Assembly (NCBI RefSeq): GCF_965228795.1
Contig: NZ_OZ245839.1
Span: 1,311,908 to 1,375,907, forward strand
Direction: 5' to 3'
Length of the DNA: 64,000 nt
Source of the DNA: Ekhidna sp.
GTDB lineage: Bacteria; Bacteroidota; Bacteroidia; Cytophagales; Cyclobacteriaceae
Of this stretch, positions 36,131 through 45,329 are shown in pieces; the first letter of the stretch is position 1; each line of letters opens with the position of its first letter. The translations under genes and the position numbers were made by a program. The notes below the pieces were generated by a model that saw nothing but the letters and a program-made list of their open reading frames with translations, was not told the origin of the DNA and searched no databases.

Positions 36131-37369
36131 ATGCAGATTTTCAAGTTTGGAGGTGCGTCAGTCAAAGATGCTGCCGGGGTAAAAAATTTAGGAGAAATTG
36201 TTGCTTCATTCGGTTCGCAACGTCTGGTGATTGTAGTTTCTGCAATGGGTAAGACCACTAATAAACTTGAAGACTTAGTCAAACAGGCACATACAGGTCA
36301 GGATTATGCAGCAACACTTGGTGAGCTAAAAGACTATCATCATGAGATTGCACAGGAGCTTTTTGGTGAAATACCAGAAAGTTATCTTCACTTTGAGCGT
36401 TCTTTAGAAAACGAACTTAAAGACTTGGGAGAATGTGAGTCTATGCTTGCTTATGACAAAATTGTTCCCTACGGAGAATTGATGTCCACCTCAATCATAG
36501 CAGAGTACTTAAATAAGCAGGTTAACTGTAAATGGTTTGATGCCAGAACCATTATCCGCACAGATCAGTATTTTACAGAAGCCAATGTGGATTGGGTAGT
36601 GACTGAAAAGCAAGTGATAAACTTGTTGAAGCCTGTTGCTGAGGAGTCTGTGGTGGTTACACAGGGATTTATTGGTTCAGATGTAGAAGGTAATTCCACC
36701 ACCCTGGGGAGAGAGGGGTCGGATTATACAGGCGCCATTTTAGCGTATTGCTTAAATGCGGAAGGATTCACTGTTTGGAAAGATGTACCGGGCATCCTTA
36801 ATGCAGACCCCAGAATACTGGAAGGAGCGGAACAATACGAAAAGCTCAGCTACCGTGAGGTGACAGAAATGACCTATTATGGAGCTCAGGTAATTCACCC
36901 CAAAACATTAAAGCCGATCGCTCAAAAAAGTATCCCGTTGATGGTTCGTTCGTTTCAGGATAAAGCAAAAAGTGGGACTACCATATCCACAGATAACACT
37001 ACGAAGATGATTCCATGCTTCGTATTTAAAGGGAATCAGCTGCTAGTGACAGCACAGGTAAAAGATCACAGTTTTATGGATGAGAAAAAATTAGGTTTGA
37101 TCCTTCAGGTACTTGATTTGTTAAATATAAAAATCAACCTGATGCAGAATTCAGCCCTAACCTTTTCTTTCTGTATTGACAATAAGGAATTTAAGTCGAA
37201 GCGGATAAAGGAGCTTTTAAATAGGGATTTCATCCTTTCATTTGAAAGCCCATTAAACCTGGCGACCATTAAAAATTACACACCTGATGCATTCAATAAA
37301 CTACCTTGGAACAGGACGGTAATCATGGAGCAAAAGACCGCTAATAATTATCAGGTACTATATCGGTAA
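36131..37369 (+). CDS. Aspartate kinase (monofunctional)
   Basis: 'FKFGGASV', 'VVSAMGKTT', 'GE..S', 'TTLGREGSDY', 'KDV.G...ADP', 'GA.V.HP'. Confidence 0.95.
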   Translation: MQIFKFGGASVKDAAGVKNLGEIVASFGSQRLVIVVSAMGKTTNKLEDLVKQAHTGQDYAATLGELKDYHHEIAQELFGEIPESYLHFERSLENELKDLGECESMLAYDKIVPYGELMSTSIIAEYLNKQVNCKWFDARTIIRTDQYFTEANVDWVVTEKQVINLLKPVAEESVVVTQGFIGSDVEGNSTTLGREGSDYTGAILAYCLNAEGFTVWKDVPGILNADPRILEGAEQYEKLSYREVTEMTYYGAQVIHPKTLKPIAQKSIPLMVRSFQDKAKSGTTISTDNTTKMIPCFVFKGNQLLVTAQVKDHSFMDEKKLGLILQVLDLLNIKINLMQNSALTFSFCIDNKEFKSKRIKELLNRDFILSFESPLNLATIKNYTPDAFNKLPWNRTVIMEQKTANNYQVLYR

Positions 37370-37385
37370 TACACCAATCTTCATG

Positions 37386-38246
37386 TCATGTAAATCTTCT
37401 TAAAGTCTGAATTATACCTGATAGATAGGATGATCCAAAGAGATTGACATGTACAAGAAGAGGGTAGAGGTTGTGAATATCTACTCGATCTTCAAATTCA
37501 GGCTCAAGAGGATATTCATTTTCATAATACCGATACAAATCACTTGAAAAGCCACCGAATAGTTTGGTGAATGACAGCTCTGTTTCTCTGTGACCATAAT
37601 GAACAGCAGGGTCAAATACGGCAGCATTTCCATGGGCAGCAATCATATAGTTACCACTCCATAAGTCTCCGTGCAGAAGGGCAGGCCTTTCATCAGGTAC
37701 CAGCTGAGGCAGGTGATTCATCAGGGTATCAAATTGTTTTAAGAGGTTATTGTCCATTAATCCTTTTGATTTAGCTAGGTCTAACTGAGGGTTTAGTCTT
37801 TCCTCTATGAAAAATTGATCCCAGGATGCATGCTGAGAGTTGGACTGAGGTAAACTACCAATGTAATTATCATGATCAAGTCCAAACTGATCGGATGAAT
37901 TTTTATGTTGACGTGCCAGGTTTATACCAAAATTTCTCCAAAAATCGGTGTGAGGAGCCCCTTGATCAATCCACTCTGTCAGCAGATACGATCTGTTTTC
38001 AATCACCCCAGCATCGATAACCTCAGGAGAAAAAATAGGGGAATGCTTGTTGAGAAGGTTTAGTCCTTTGGATTCTGACTCGAACATTCCAATGAGATCA
38101 GAACGATTCCATTTGAGAAAATATCGATTTTCGTCAGTTTCAACCTTAATGGCATTATTGATGCATCCGCCTGATACATTTTGCGTCGTATCTACTTGTT
38201 GATCGGGAAAGTTTATTTCAATGATTTTGGCAACAAAACCACTCAT
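37386..38246 (-). CDS. Fructosamine kinase family protein
   Basis: 'GGCIN', 'FGL..DNYIG', 'LLHGDLWSGN', 'DPA..YGHRE.EL', 'LVHVNLFG'. Confidence 0.92.
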   Translation of the reverse strand: MSGFVAKIIEINFPDQQVDTTQNVSGGCINNAIKVETDENRYFLKWNRSDLIGMFESESKGLNLLNKHSPIFSPEVIDAGVIENRSYLLTEWIDQGAPHTDFWRNFGINLARQHKNSSDQFGLDHDNYIGSLPQSNSQHASWDQFFIEERLNPQLDLAKSKGLMDNNLLKQFDTLMNHLPQLVPDERPALLHGDLWSGNYMIAAHGNAAVFDPAVHYGHRETELSFTKLFGGFSSDLYRYYENEYPLEPEFEDRVDIHNLYPLLVHVNLFGSSYLSGIIQTLRRFT

Positions 38247-38713
38247 AAATTATGCTCCTTTTTTAGAAAATGGATGAATTTGTCCAATGATCGATCTAAA
38301 ATCTGATATACATTTTCAAATCCATTAACACCCCCATAGTATGGATCAGGTACATCTTCACCCTTTCCGTAAGGATCAAAATCCCGCATTAAAATCAGTT
38401 TGCTTGGTTCATTACCCATCTCTGAAACCATATTTCCATAGTTAGAACTATCCATTGCCAGCAAGTAATCATACTCTATTGCATGATTTTTTTTAAACTG
38501 CTGCCCTTTATGGTTAACAGGAACACCATGTTTTTTTGCAATTTCTATGGTTCGAGGATCAGGATTTTCTCCAACATGATAGTTGGCAGTGCCAGCAGAA
38601 TTTGCGCTTATTTTGCTGTTTAAGCCTTGTTCTAGCAGTTTTTTATTGAAAATGGCTTCAGCTAAAGGGGATCTGCATATGTTTCCTAAACAAACAAATA
38701 AAACTTTTATCAT
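38243..38713 (-). CDS. Low-molecular-weight protein-tyrosine phosphatase
   Basis: 'VCLGNICRSP', 'SAGT', 'VPDPYYG'. Confidence 0.96.
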   Translation of the reverse strand: MIKVLFVCLGNICRSPLAEAIFNKKLLEQGLNSKISANSAGTANYHVGENPDPRTIEIAKKHGVPVNHKGQQFKKNHAIEYDYLLAMDSSNYGNMVSEMGNEPSKLILMRDFDPYGKGEDVPDPYYGGVNGFENVYQILDRSLDKFIHFLKKEHNL

Positions 38714-38793
38714 AATAGGTGGTTACTTTTTTTGATTAGATAGTATATATCTAATGCATAACACAAATTTATTCATACACCTGTTTGACAAGT

Positions 38794-38834
38794 AAAAAAG
38801 AAAGTCCCGTTTTTGACGGGACTTTTCTTTTTTT
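38794..38834. terminator. Bidirectional-type intrinsic terminator
   Basis: aaagtcccgt-ttttg-acgggacttt flanked by A and T tracts. Confidence 0.85.
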
Positions 38835-38846
38835 ATGCGGTTCTAA

Positions 38847-39896
38847 TTACCTGATGCTCAGACCCAAACCTGCAGTGAATGTATTGTACTTCTGGATGGT
38901 GTATTCAGTATGAATAGTAAGTATCAATAGTTTCATTCTTAGTCCCAGGTTTACTCTAGGTGAACTACCACCGGAAAAATCCAGTGCTACAGGATCTGTT
39001 ACGGTAGCACTTTGTCCACTTGATGTGTCTGTGTATGTGAAATCACCAGCTACATCCATGGAACTGCTAGCTATATTGTAGCCAATGCCCATGTAAGGGG
39101 TGAAGATCGCTAGTTTTTTGGATACGATACCTTGAACTGTAAATGAAGAGGCTTTTAGTGTAGCCAAGCCATCAGCCTGAAACTCTGGAGATGTTTCATC
39201 AATGACATATTCAGCTTTTAATCTGTTGAAAGCAGCAAATCCTGAAAAGTCAAACGGAATTTGTTTTAACCCTGGAACCCATTGCTTCAGATCATGCTTT
39301 ACACCTAGTCCAAAAATGTTGAAGCTGCCATCATCTCCTGCTGCACCAAAATCACTGGCATATCTAACGACTAGTTCTGTGCCTTTCGGCAGGCCAATGC
39401 CAAGTTGCACAGCCGGCACTGGGAAGCCAACAATTGGAAAATCTTCTACATCAAATCCCGGAGGGGCATTGAATGTAACATCATTCTCATAGGTAACACC
39501 AGGTGCTACTTCAGTACTTGCAGGGATTCTCAAAACGGATGAAGTTTCGCCACCTACAGCAGTTGGTAAAATATTTGACCCTGAAGCTAGTTCCAGGTTT
39601 TCCCAGGTTCTACTGTTAAAGTCAAAAAACCTATCATCATCAGGAATATTCGCAACATTAACACTTGCTGTGATATCAAATCCGAGCAATTTATGTGGTT
39701 TTGCTGTGTTATACCAACCACTGCTCAACCCATTATTGAATGATAGCATCATTGATTTGGTGTATGCACCAAGGTATTGGTTAGCATCAGCTGCACCACT
39801 TCGGAATATCTCACCAAACTCCTGTGAACTTGCGGAATGACTCATTGAGATCATCCCTGCTACTGATAAAATAATATACTTTATATGCTTTTTCAT
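38847..39896 (-). CDS. DUF6588-like outer-membrane protein (paralog 1)
   Basis: Signal peptide; 'GWYNTAKPHKLLGFDIT', 'P.VQLGIGLP.GT', 'G.GVKHD', amphipathic C-terminal strands. Confidence 0.75.
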   Translation of the reverse strand: MKKHIKYIILSVAGMISMSHSASSQEFGEIFRSGAADANQYLGAYTKSMMLSFNNGLSSGWYNTAKPHKLLGFDITASVNVANIPDDDRFFDFNSRTWENLELASGSNILPTAVGGETSSVLRIPASTEVAPGVTYENDVTFNAPPGFDVEDFPIVGFPVPAVQLGIGLPKGTELVVRYASDFGAAGDDGSFNIFGLGVKHDLKQWVPGLKQIPFDFSGFAAFNRLKAEYVIDETSPEFQADGLATLKASSFTVQGIVSKKLAIFTPYMGIGYNIASSSMDVAGDFTYTDTSSGQSATVTDPVALDFSGGSSPRVNLGLRMKLLILTIHTEYTIQKYNTFTAGLGLSIR

Positions 39897-40029
39897 TACT
39901 GATAAATTTTAGTCTCTATGATGTGGAATTAGTTGTTTGCGCAATTAACCAAGATTCTTTGAAAATACGAATTGAGTCATCCTGAATTATCCGTGGATTA
40001 ATCGAAATTACCGAATCTTAGAGGGTAAT

Positions 40030-40057
40030 AAAAAAGGCCAACGCAATGTTGGCCTTT
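40030..40057 (-). terminator. Intrinsic terminator between the two DUF6588-like genes
   Basis: aaaggccaac-gcaat-gttggccttt with an A tract on +. Confidence 0.8.
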
Positions 40058-40082
40058 AGAATGTAGGTTAGAGAATGTTTTG

Positions 40083-41114
40083 TTACCTGATATTGATTCC
40101 GGCACCTAATGTCAATGTATTATACTTTTGAATGGCATAATCAGCGTGCAATGTCATAATCAACAGTTTTAATCTAAAGCCAACATTTATTCGTGGGCCA
40201 GTGGATAAATATTTGAAGCTAATTGGATCTACATATGTACCCGTTGGGTTTTCATCAGAAATTTCAGTCTCATATGTACCTTCCAAATCAAAGTTTGTAG
40301 TGGTTGTAGCAACGCCAACACCCCCGAATAACGTTAAAATTGAAAGCTCTTTAGAAATCAACCCTTGCAGAGTAAATGAACTAATATTTAAGATGGCCAT
40401 TTGATCCGGATTATTTTCAGGATCTACAAAGAGCTTTGCATTAATGTTATTCCATCCAACAAACCCTGAGACATCCCAAGGAATTTGCTTGAATCCGGGA
40501 ACCCATTGTTTCAGGTCGTGCATAAAACCCACACCAAACATTCCAAATTCAAAATCTTCTTCTTTAATGGCAGGAATAAACCTGATTTTAAGATCCGTAT
40601 TCTTGAATAAACCAAGTCCTACTTGTATCATTCCGGATGGGACTGCATTGATTGGGATTACCTCCTTCAAGCCCAATCCTGTCGGCGAACTGATAGAAAT
40701 GGTCTGTTCCTCCCCATTTAACTCTGATGTATAGTCAAGAAGTGGTAATTCATCTGCCGGAAGATTAGGGCCAAACAGAGTTGGTGCCTGATCAGTTGGG
40801 CTGTCTGGGTTCAACGAAATGTTATCATAATCATTGGGATTAAAGGTAAAAAACTCTCCTTTTGATGGAACCATAGCCAGAGTAGTGGTAGGTGTTATGT
40901 CAAAACCCAAAAGTTTATGAGGTTTTGCAGTATTGTACCATCCGCTATTAATACCATAACCAAAACCCAAAAATGCAGGTTCTAAATAGCTTTCCATTAA
41001 TCTTTCAGCATCTCCAGCTCCTGCTTCTAAAAATGTTCCAATATCTTGTGCTTTTGTGCTTGAGATAGTAGCTGCAAAAAATAAAGTTATTATTAGTCTA
41101 TAGTTTAGTTTCAT
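40083..41114 (-). CDS. DUF6588-like outer-membrane protein (paralog 2)
   Basis: Same motifs: 'GWYNTAKPHKLLGFDIT', 'HDLKQWVPG.KQIP.D.SGF', 'H..Y.IQKYNT.T.G.G..IR'. Confidence 0.75.
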   Translation of the reverse strand: MKLNYRLIITLFFAATISSTKAQDIGTFLEAGAGDAERLMESYLEPAFLGFGYGINSGWYNTAKPHKLLGFDITPTTTLAMVPSKGEFFTFNPNDYDNISLNPDSPTDQAPTLFGPNLPADELPLLDYTSELNGEEQTISISSPTGLGLKEVIPINAVPSGMIQVGLGLFKNTDLKIRFIPAIKEEDFEFGMFGVGFMHDLKQWVPGFKQIPWDVSGFVGWNNINAKLFVDPENNPDQMAILNISSFTLQGLISKELSILTLFGGVGVATTTTNFDLEGTYETEISDENPTGTYVDPISFKYLSTGPRINVGFRLKLLIMTLHADYAIQKYNTLTLGAGINIR

Positions 41115-41131
41115 GTGTGTGGTTGTTGAGA

Positions 41132-41656
41132 TTATTGATTTTCATCCACTTGTACAGTAGCGAAAGCTGTTATTGCTAATTCAATATCAAAGTTGTTGTC
41201 ACCAAAAGGTTCGTCAGCATTAACTTCCAGGGCGATACTAACATCGCCGTTTTTTAATCTATTACTTAAATTATTGAAGTTTGATTGATTGGCTTGAAGG
41301 GGGATAATAGCACCATTGGAAAGTTCAACAGGGCCGGAATTGAATTCAATATTATTTGCCTCAATTATAATTTCTCCTGTAATAGAGTTCTGATTTTCTC
41401 GGAAATCGCGCATCGTTATTACTAGCGAAGTAACCTCTAACTCGAGTATTCTATCGCCAAAGTCTTTGATTTCTGAATTTACAGAGGTAGAGGCAGACTC
41501 ATTGAAATTTTGTAGCAATTCAAGTCCAGCCTGGTTAGCACCAAAATCGGTATCATATTCCCCTCCAACTTTGACTTGTATGCCAGCATCTCCACAGCTA
41601 GTTAGGAGATATAGGCAACAAAGTAATGCTAGGCTTAAAATTTTAGCTTGTTTCAT
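41132..41656 (-). CDS. Hypothetical lipoprotein
   Basis: Lipobox LLTSC; predicted beta-rich body. Confidence 0.75.
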   Translation of the reverse strand: MKQAKILSLALLCCLYLLTSCGDAGIQVKVGGEYDTDFGANQAGLELLQNFNESASTSVNSEIKDFGDRILELEVTSLVITMRDFRENQNSITGEIIIEANNIEFNSGPVELSNGAIIPLQANQSNFNNLSNRLKNGDVSIALEVNADEPFGDNNFDIELAITAFATVQVDENQ

Positions 41657-41787
41657 TGTGTGATGTATTATTCAATTGGTTAGAGTAAAGCTAAGAAAGA
41701 ATCACTAATTAATTTCAGTCATTGATGGCCTCTCATAATTCTTTAGTCTAAAAGTTTGGGTTGAGAATCTAATTATGCTAACTTCGC

Positions 41788-41808
41788 ATTTGAGAATAAT
41801 TCCTAAAT
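41788..41808. promoter_or_regulatory. Putative Fur/PerR-family operator overlapping the start codon
   Basis: Imperfect palindrome atttgagaat-a-attcctaaat directly after a TAACTTCG -7-like element. Confidence 0.45.
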
Positions 41809-42250
41809 GGAAATTGTTAGTCAAATAAAAGAACAGTTAAGCGATGCAGGCCTAAAAGCCACTCATCCGAGAATAGTGGTGCTTAAAGAGTTGATGATTT
41901 CTAATGATCACCCAACTGCTGAGAGCATTCACGAAACAATTAAAGAGGACAATCCTTCTATTTCGTTAGGAAGTGTTTATCGTGTATTGGATGTTCTGGT
42001 TGATTCGGGCTTGATTCAAAGAGTGTCAGTAAGATCCGGATCCAAAAGGTATGACGCTAATATGAGCCCTCATGGTCATATTTATTGTCTTAAGACGAAC
42101 AAAATTCAAGACTTCTACGATGAAGAGTTATATGGTTTAATCAATGATTTTTTCAGAAAGAAGCGAATTAGGAATTTTAAAATCAACGAAATAAAGCTTC
42201 AGGTCAACGGAGAACGTATTGATCCTGAGGCAGATGTAACAATAATTTAA
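41807..42250 (+). CDS. Fur family regulator, PerR-like
   Basis: 'GLKAT.PR', 'HPTAE', 'S.G.VYR.L', 'RYD.N..PHGH.YC'; immediately upstream of ahpC. Confidence 0.9.
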   Translation: MEIVSQIKEQLSDAGLKATHPRIVVLKELMISNDHPTAESIHETIKEDNPSISLGSVYRVLDVLVDSGLIQRVSVRSGSKRYDANMSPHGHIYCLKTNKIQDFYDEELYGLINDFFRKKRIRNFKINEIKLQVNGERIDPEADVTII

Positions 42251-42278
42251 ATTTTAAAACTTAAAACAAACGTAAAAC

Positions 42279-42908
42279 ATGTCATTAGTAGGAAAAAGAG
42301 CACCTATAGTAAATGCACCAGCTGTAATCAACGGAGAAGAGATTGTAGAGAACTTCTCACTTGACCAGTACATTGGTAAGAAAGAAGTAATGTTCTTCTT
42401 CTATCCAAAAGATTTCACTTTCGTGTGCCCTACAGAAATTCACGCATTTCAAGAGAAATTAGAAGAGTTTGAGAAAAGAGGTGTAGCTGTAGTGGGAGCA
42501 TCTTGTGATACTGAAGAGACTCACCTGGCTTGGTTAATGACTGACAAGGATAAAGGTGGAATCTCAGGTGTTACATACCCATTAGTTGCTGATCCATCAA
42601 AAACTGTAGCATCTAATTTCGGAGTTTTGGCCGGAGATTGGTCATACGACGAAGAAGGAAATCTTGAGTTTGATGGAGCACCCGTAGCTTTCAGAGGTAC
42701 TTTCTTCATTGACAAAGAAGGAATCGTAAGACACGAGACCATCAATGACCTTCCTCTAGGAAGAAACATTGATGAAATGCTACGAATTGTAGATGCTTGG
42801 AAGCACGTAGAAAAGCATGGAGAAGTTTGTCCTGCAAACTGGGAAGAAGGTAAAACTGCTATGAACGCAACAAGAGAAGGTGTAGCAGAATATCTTTCAA
42901 GTAACTAA
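42279..42908 (+). CDS. ahpC: 2-Cys peroxiredoxin
   Basis: 'FYPKDFTFVCPTE', 'GRNIDE.LR', 'GEVCPANW'. Confidence 0.96.
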   Translation: MSLVGKRAPIVNAPAVINGEEIVENFSLDQYIGKKEVMFFFYPKDFTFVCPTEIHAFQEKLEEFEKRGVAVVGASCDTEETHLAWLMTDKDKGGISGVTYPLVADPSKTVASNFGVLAGDWSYDEEGNLEFDGAPVAFRGTFFIDKEGIVRHETINDLPLGRNIDEMLRIVDAWKHVEKHGEVCPANWEEGKTAMNATREGVAEYLSSN

Positions 42909-42928
42909 GAATTAATACTGCATGATTG

Positions 42929-42960
42929 AAGGCTGATCATTTTTATGATCAGCCTTTTTT
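42929..42960 (+). terminator. Intrinsic terminator after ahpC
   Basis: aaggctgatcat/atgatcagcctt stem plus T tract. Confidence 0.88.
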
Positions 42961-43010
42961 ATTTCAATCAATTGCATTGTCTTAGTATTGTACATTAAAA
43001 TCAATCGTTT

Positions 43011-43925
43011 TTGAAAGCACTCGTTACTAAATCTACCGGACTATGGTATGAAGTTCAATCCGGGCAGGAACGCCTTGTAGCAAGGTTGCGTGGTAAGTTT
43101 AAGCTGGATGATAAAAAATTAACGAATCCAATTGCTGTTGGTGATTTTGTCGAAGTAGAAGACAATCAACAAGTAGAAGGTGAGTGGGTGATTACCAAAA
43201 TCTATCCTCGTGAGAATTATGTACTGAGAGAAAGTCCGCGAAAAAAGGGACACGATCATTTAATTGCGAGTAATATTGATCTTGGAGTTTTAATTGTGAC
43301 ACTTAAAAAGCCTCGAACTTCTATAGGTTTCATAGACCGTTTTCTGATTACCTTGGAAGCCTTTAGAATTCCTGGTGTAATCTTATTCAATAAAAAAGAC
43401 ATTTATTCAGCCAAAGATTTTGATAAGTACGAGGAGCTAAAAAAGATCTATACCGAGATAGGATATCAGGTATTTCTTTGTCAGTTTGATAAGGAAGTTG
43501 AGACGGAAGTACAATCGTTATTTCAAAATCGAATAAGTCTGCTTTCTGGTCATAGTGGAGCGGGTAAATCAACATTGATCAATCAAATCATTCCAAATGC
43601 AAAGCAGGAGGTTAGTGAAATTTCTGACTTTGCTAATAAAGGTGTTCATACCACCACCTTTGCTGAGTTATTCTGGCTTAATGATAAATCTGCAATCATT
43701 GATACACCGGGTATTAAAGAGTTGGGATTGTCCGAAATTGAAGATGAAGAACTTTCTCATTATTTTCCTGAAATGAGGCAATATTTAGGAGAATGCAAGT
43801 TTCATAATTGCTTACATGAGAATGAGCCGGGATGCAAAATCAAAGAAGCAGTGGGTGAAAGCATCTCAGTGTCTAGGTATGAAAGTTATTTGTCTATTTT
43901 AAGGACAGAGGATAACAGAAGGTGA
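43011..43925 (+). CDS. rsgA: Ribosome small subunit-dependent GTPase A
   Basis: 'AVGD.V', 'NKKD', 'GHSGAGKSTLIN', 'G.HTTT', 'DTPG', 'CKFHNCLH.NEPGC'. Confidence 0.97.
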   Translation: MKALVTKSTGLWYEVQSGQERLVARLRGKFKLDDKKLTNPIAVGDFVEVEDNQQVEGEWVITKIYPRENYVLRESPRKKGHDHLIASNIDLGVLIVTLKKPRTSIGFIDRFLITLEAFRIPGVILFNKKDIYSAKDFDKYEELKKIYTEIGYQVFLCQFDKEVETEVQSLFQNRISLLSGHSGAGKSTLINQIIPNAKQEVSEISDFANKGVHTTTFAELFWLNDKSAIIDTPGIKELGLSEIEDEELSHYFPEMRQYLGECKFHNCLHENEPGCKIKEAVGESISVSRYESYLSILRTEDNRR

Positions 43926-43963
43926 GAGCTACATTCAATAGATTTGAAATTAAAATCCAGGTT

Positions 43964-44767
43964 ATGAAAAATTATAGACGATTATTGTTGGTTACGTTAC
44001 TTGCTCTAAGTAGCATTTTGGTGTCATGCGAGCTTTTTGAGGATGCAACGAATCCGCTATCTGAGGCTGAAATAGTTGAGGGACTGAAAGAAGCGTTAAA
44101 TATCGGATTGGAAAACTCGGTTACCAGTGCTTCCTCTACCGGAGGATATTTACAAAATGAAGTAATCAAGATTCTTTTGCCAGAAGAAGTTAATAACCTG
44201 CAAAGTAAAATTCAAACGGAAAGCATTGGTGGAGTAGTGCCATTATCCGTAGTTTATGACGCCTATATCAATTTAGAAAATAACGGAAATGATCTGTTCG
44301 AAGAGTTGATCACAGCGATGAATCGAGGAGCTGAATCAGCTGCCACAAAAGCATTACCAATATTCGGAAATGCCATACGGAATATGTCTTTTGATGACGC
44401 AAGAGGTATTCTTAATGGTGGCGAAACAGCAGCGACAGACTTTTTTTACAGAACAACGAGTGATGCGCTTTTTACAGCTTTTAATCCGGACGTAAAAGAA
44501 GCTCTGGATGCAACGGGGGCAAATCAGGTGTATACGGATGTTGCATCATTTTTAAGTTATGAGTATGACCCTACAGGTTTGGGACTCACCACGGTAAGTC
44601 CAAGCGACGTTTTAAATGTACAGCTTCCATCCAGTATTGATGAATATGCCACTACCAGAGCGATTGATGGACTTTTTCACTTAGTGGGTGAAGAAGAAAA
44701 GAAGATTCGGGAAGATCCTTTCGCTTGGGGAAGCTCGATCATTGAGCGAGTATTTGGTAATAATTAA
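43964..44767 (+). CDS. DUF4197 family lipoprotein; ATG at 43964 preferred over GTG 43922
   Basis: Lipobox LVSC; 'GLKEAL..G', 'MNRGAE.A', 'I..MSF.DA.GIL.GG..AAT', 'A.DGLF.L...EE..IR.DP'. Confidence 0.9.
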   Translation: MKNYRRLLLVTLLALSSILVSCELFEDATNPLSEAEIVEGLKEALNIGLENSVTSASSTGGYLQNEVIKILLPEEVNNLQSKIQTESIGGVVPLSVVYDAYINLENNGNDLFEELITAMNRGAESAATKALPIFGNAIRNMSFDDARGILNGGETAATDFFYRTTSDALFTAFNPDVKEALDATGANQVYTDVASFLSYEYDPTGLGLTTVSPSDVLNVQLPSSIDEYATTRAIDGLFHLVGEEEKKIREDPFAWGSSIIERVFGNN

Positions 44768-44780
44768 GCTAGCCTGCTCA

Positions 44781-44813
44781 AAATAAAAAGGGGTCACTCG
44801 AGCGAGCGACCCC
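44781..44813 (-). terminator. Minus-strand intrinsic terminator with no adjacent minus-strand gene
   Basis: Minus strand GGGGUCGCUC-GCUC-GAGUGACCCC followed by UUUUUAUUUU. Confidence 0.75.
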
Positions 44814-44919
44814 ATCACACAACCAACCTAACTCACACTATTGCTAGTGTAAGATATTAACACCATCCGCTTGAATAGTGTTCGGTCTTTCTTCAATAAT
44901 TTCATTGCTGACTTTTTTC

Positions 44920-44982
44920 AATACTACATTTAGGAAATTCATGAAACTTTTATAGGTTTGTTTACGAATACTACATTTAGGA
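44920..44982. promoter_or_regulatory. Two perfect 16-nt direct repeats aatactacatttagga (likely PadR operators)
   Basis: Copies at 44920-44935 and 44967-44982; core CTA-N4-TAG dyad. Confidence 0.6.
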
Positions 44983-44990
44983 GATTGAAT

Positions 44991-45329
44991 ATGAAAAAAT
45001 ATCAATTAGGAGAATTTGAAGAAATCGTACTCCTCACAGTGGGGGTACTTTATAATGAAGCTTATGGAGTAGCTATAAAGCATGAAATAGAGAACAGGTT
45101 AAATCGAAAGGTTAGTGTAGGCGCGTTACAATCAGCTCTTCGAAGGATGGAGAAGAAAGGTTATTTGGATAGTCGTCAGGGGGATTCTAGTGAAAAAAGA
45201 GGAGGGAAACCAAAACGATTTTTCACTATCACTGCATATGGTAAGGAAGCTTTAAAATATTCGAAAGATGTACGATCCCAGTTGTGGGATGCAATCCCTG
45301 AAGTGGCGCTGGACTTGAAAGTAGTATGA
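44991..45329 (+). CDS. PadR family transcriptional regulator; ATG at 44991 preferred
   Basis: 'LGEFEEIVLL', 'AYGV.I', 'GAL...L.R.E.KG', 'RGG..KR.F.IT'. Confidence 0.93.
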   Translation: MKKYQLGEFEEIVLLTVGVLYNEAYGVAIKHEIENRLNRKVSVGALQSALRRMEKKGYLDSRQGDSSEKRGGKPKRFFTITAYGKEALKYSKDVRSQLWDAIPEVALDLKVV

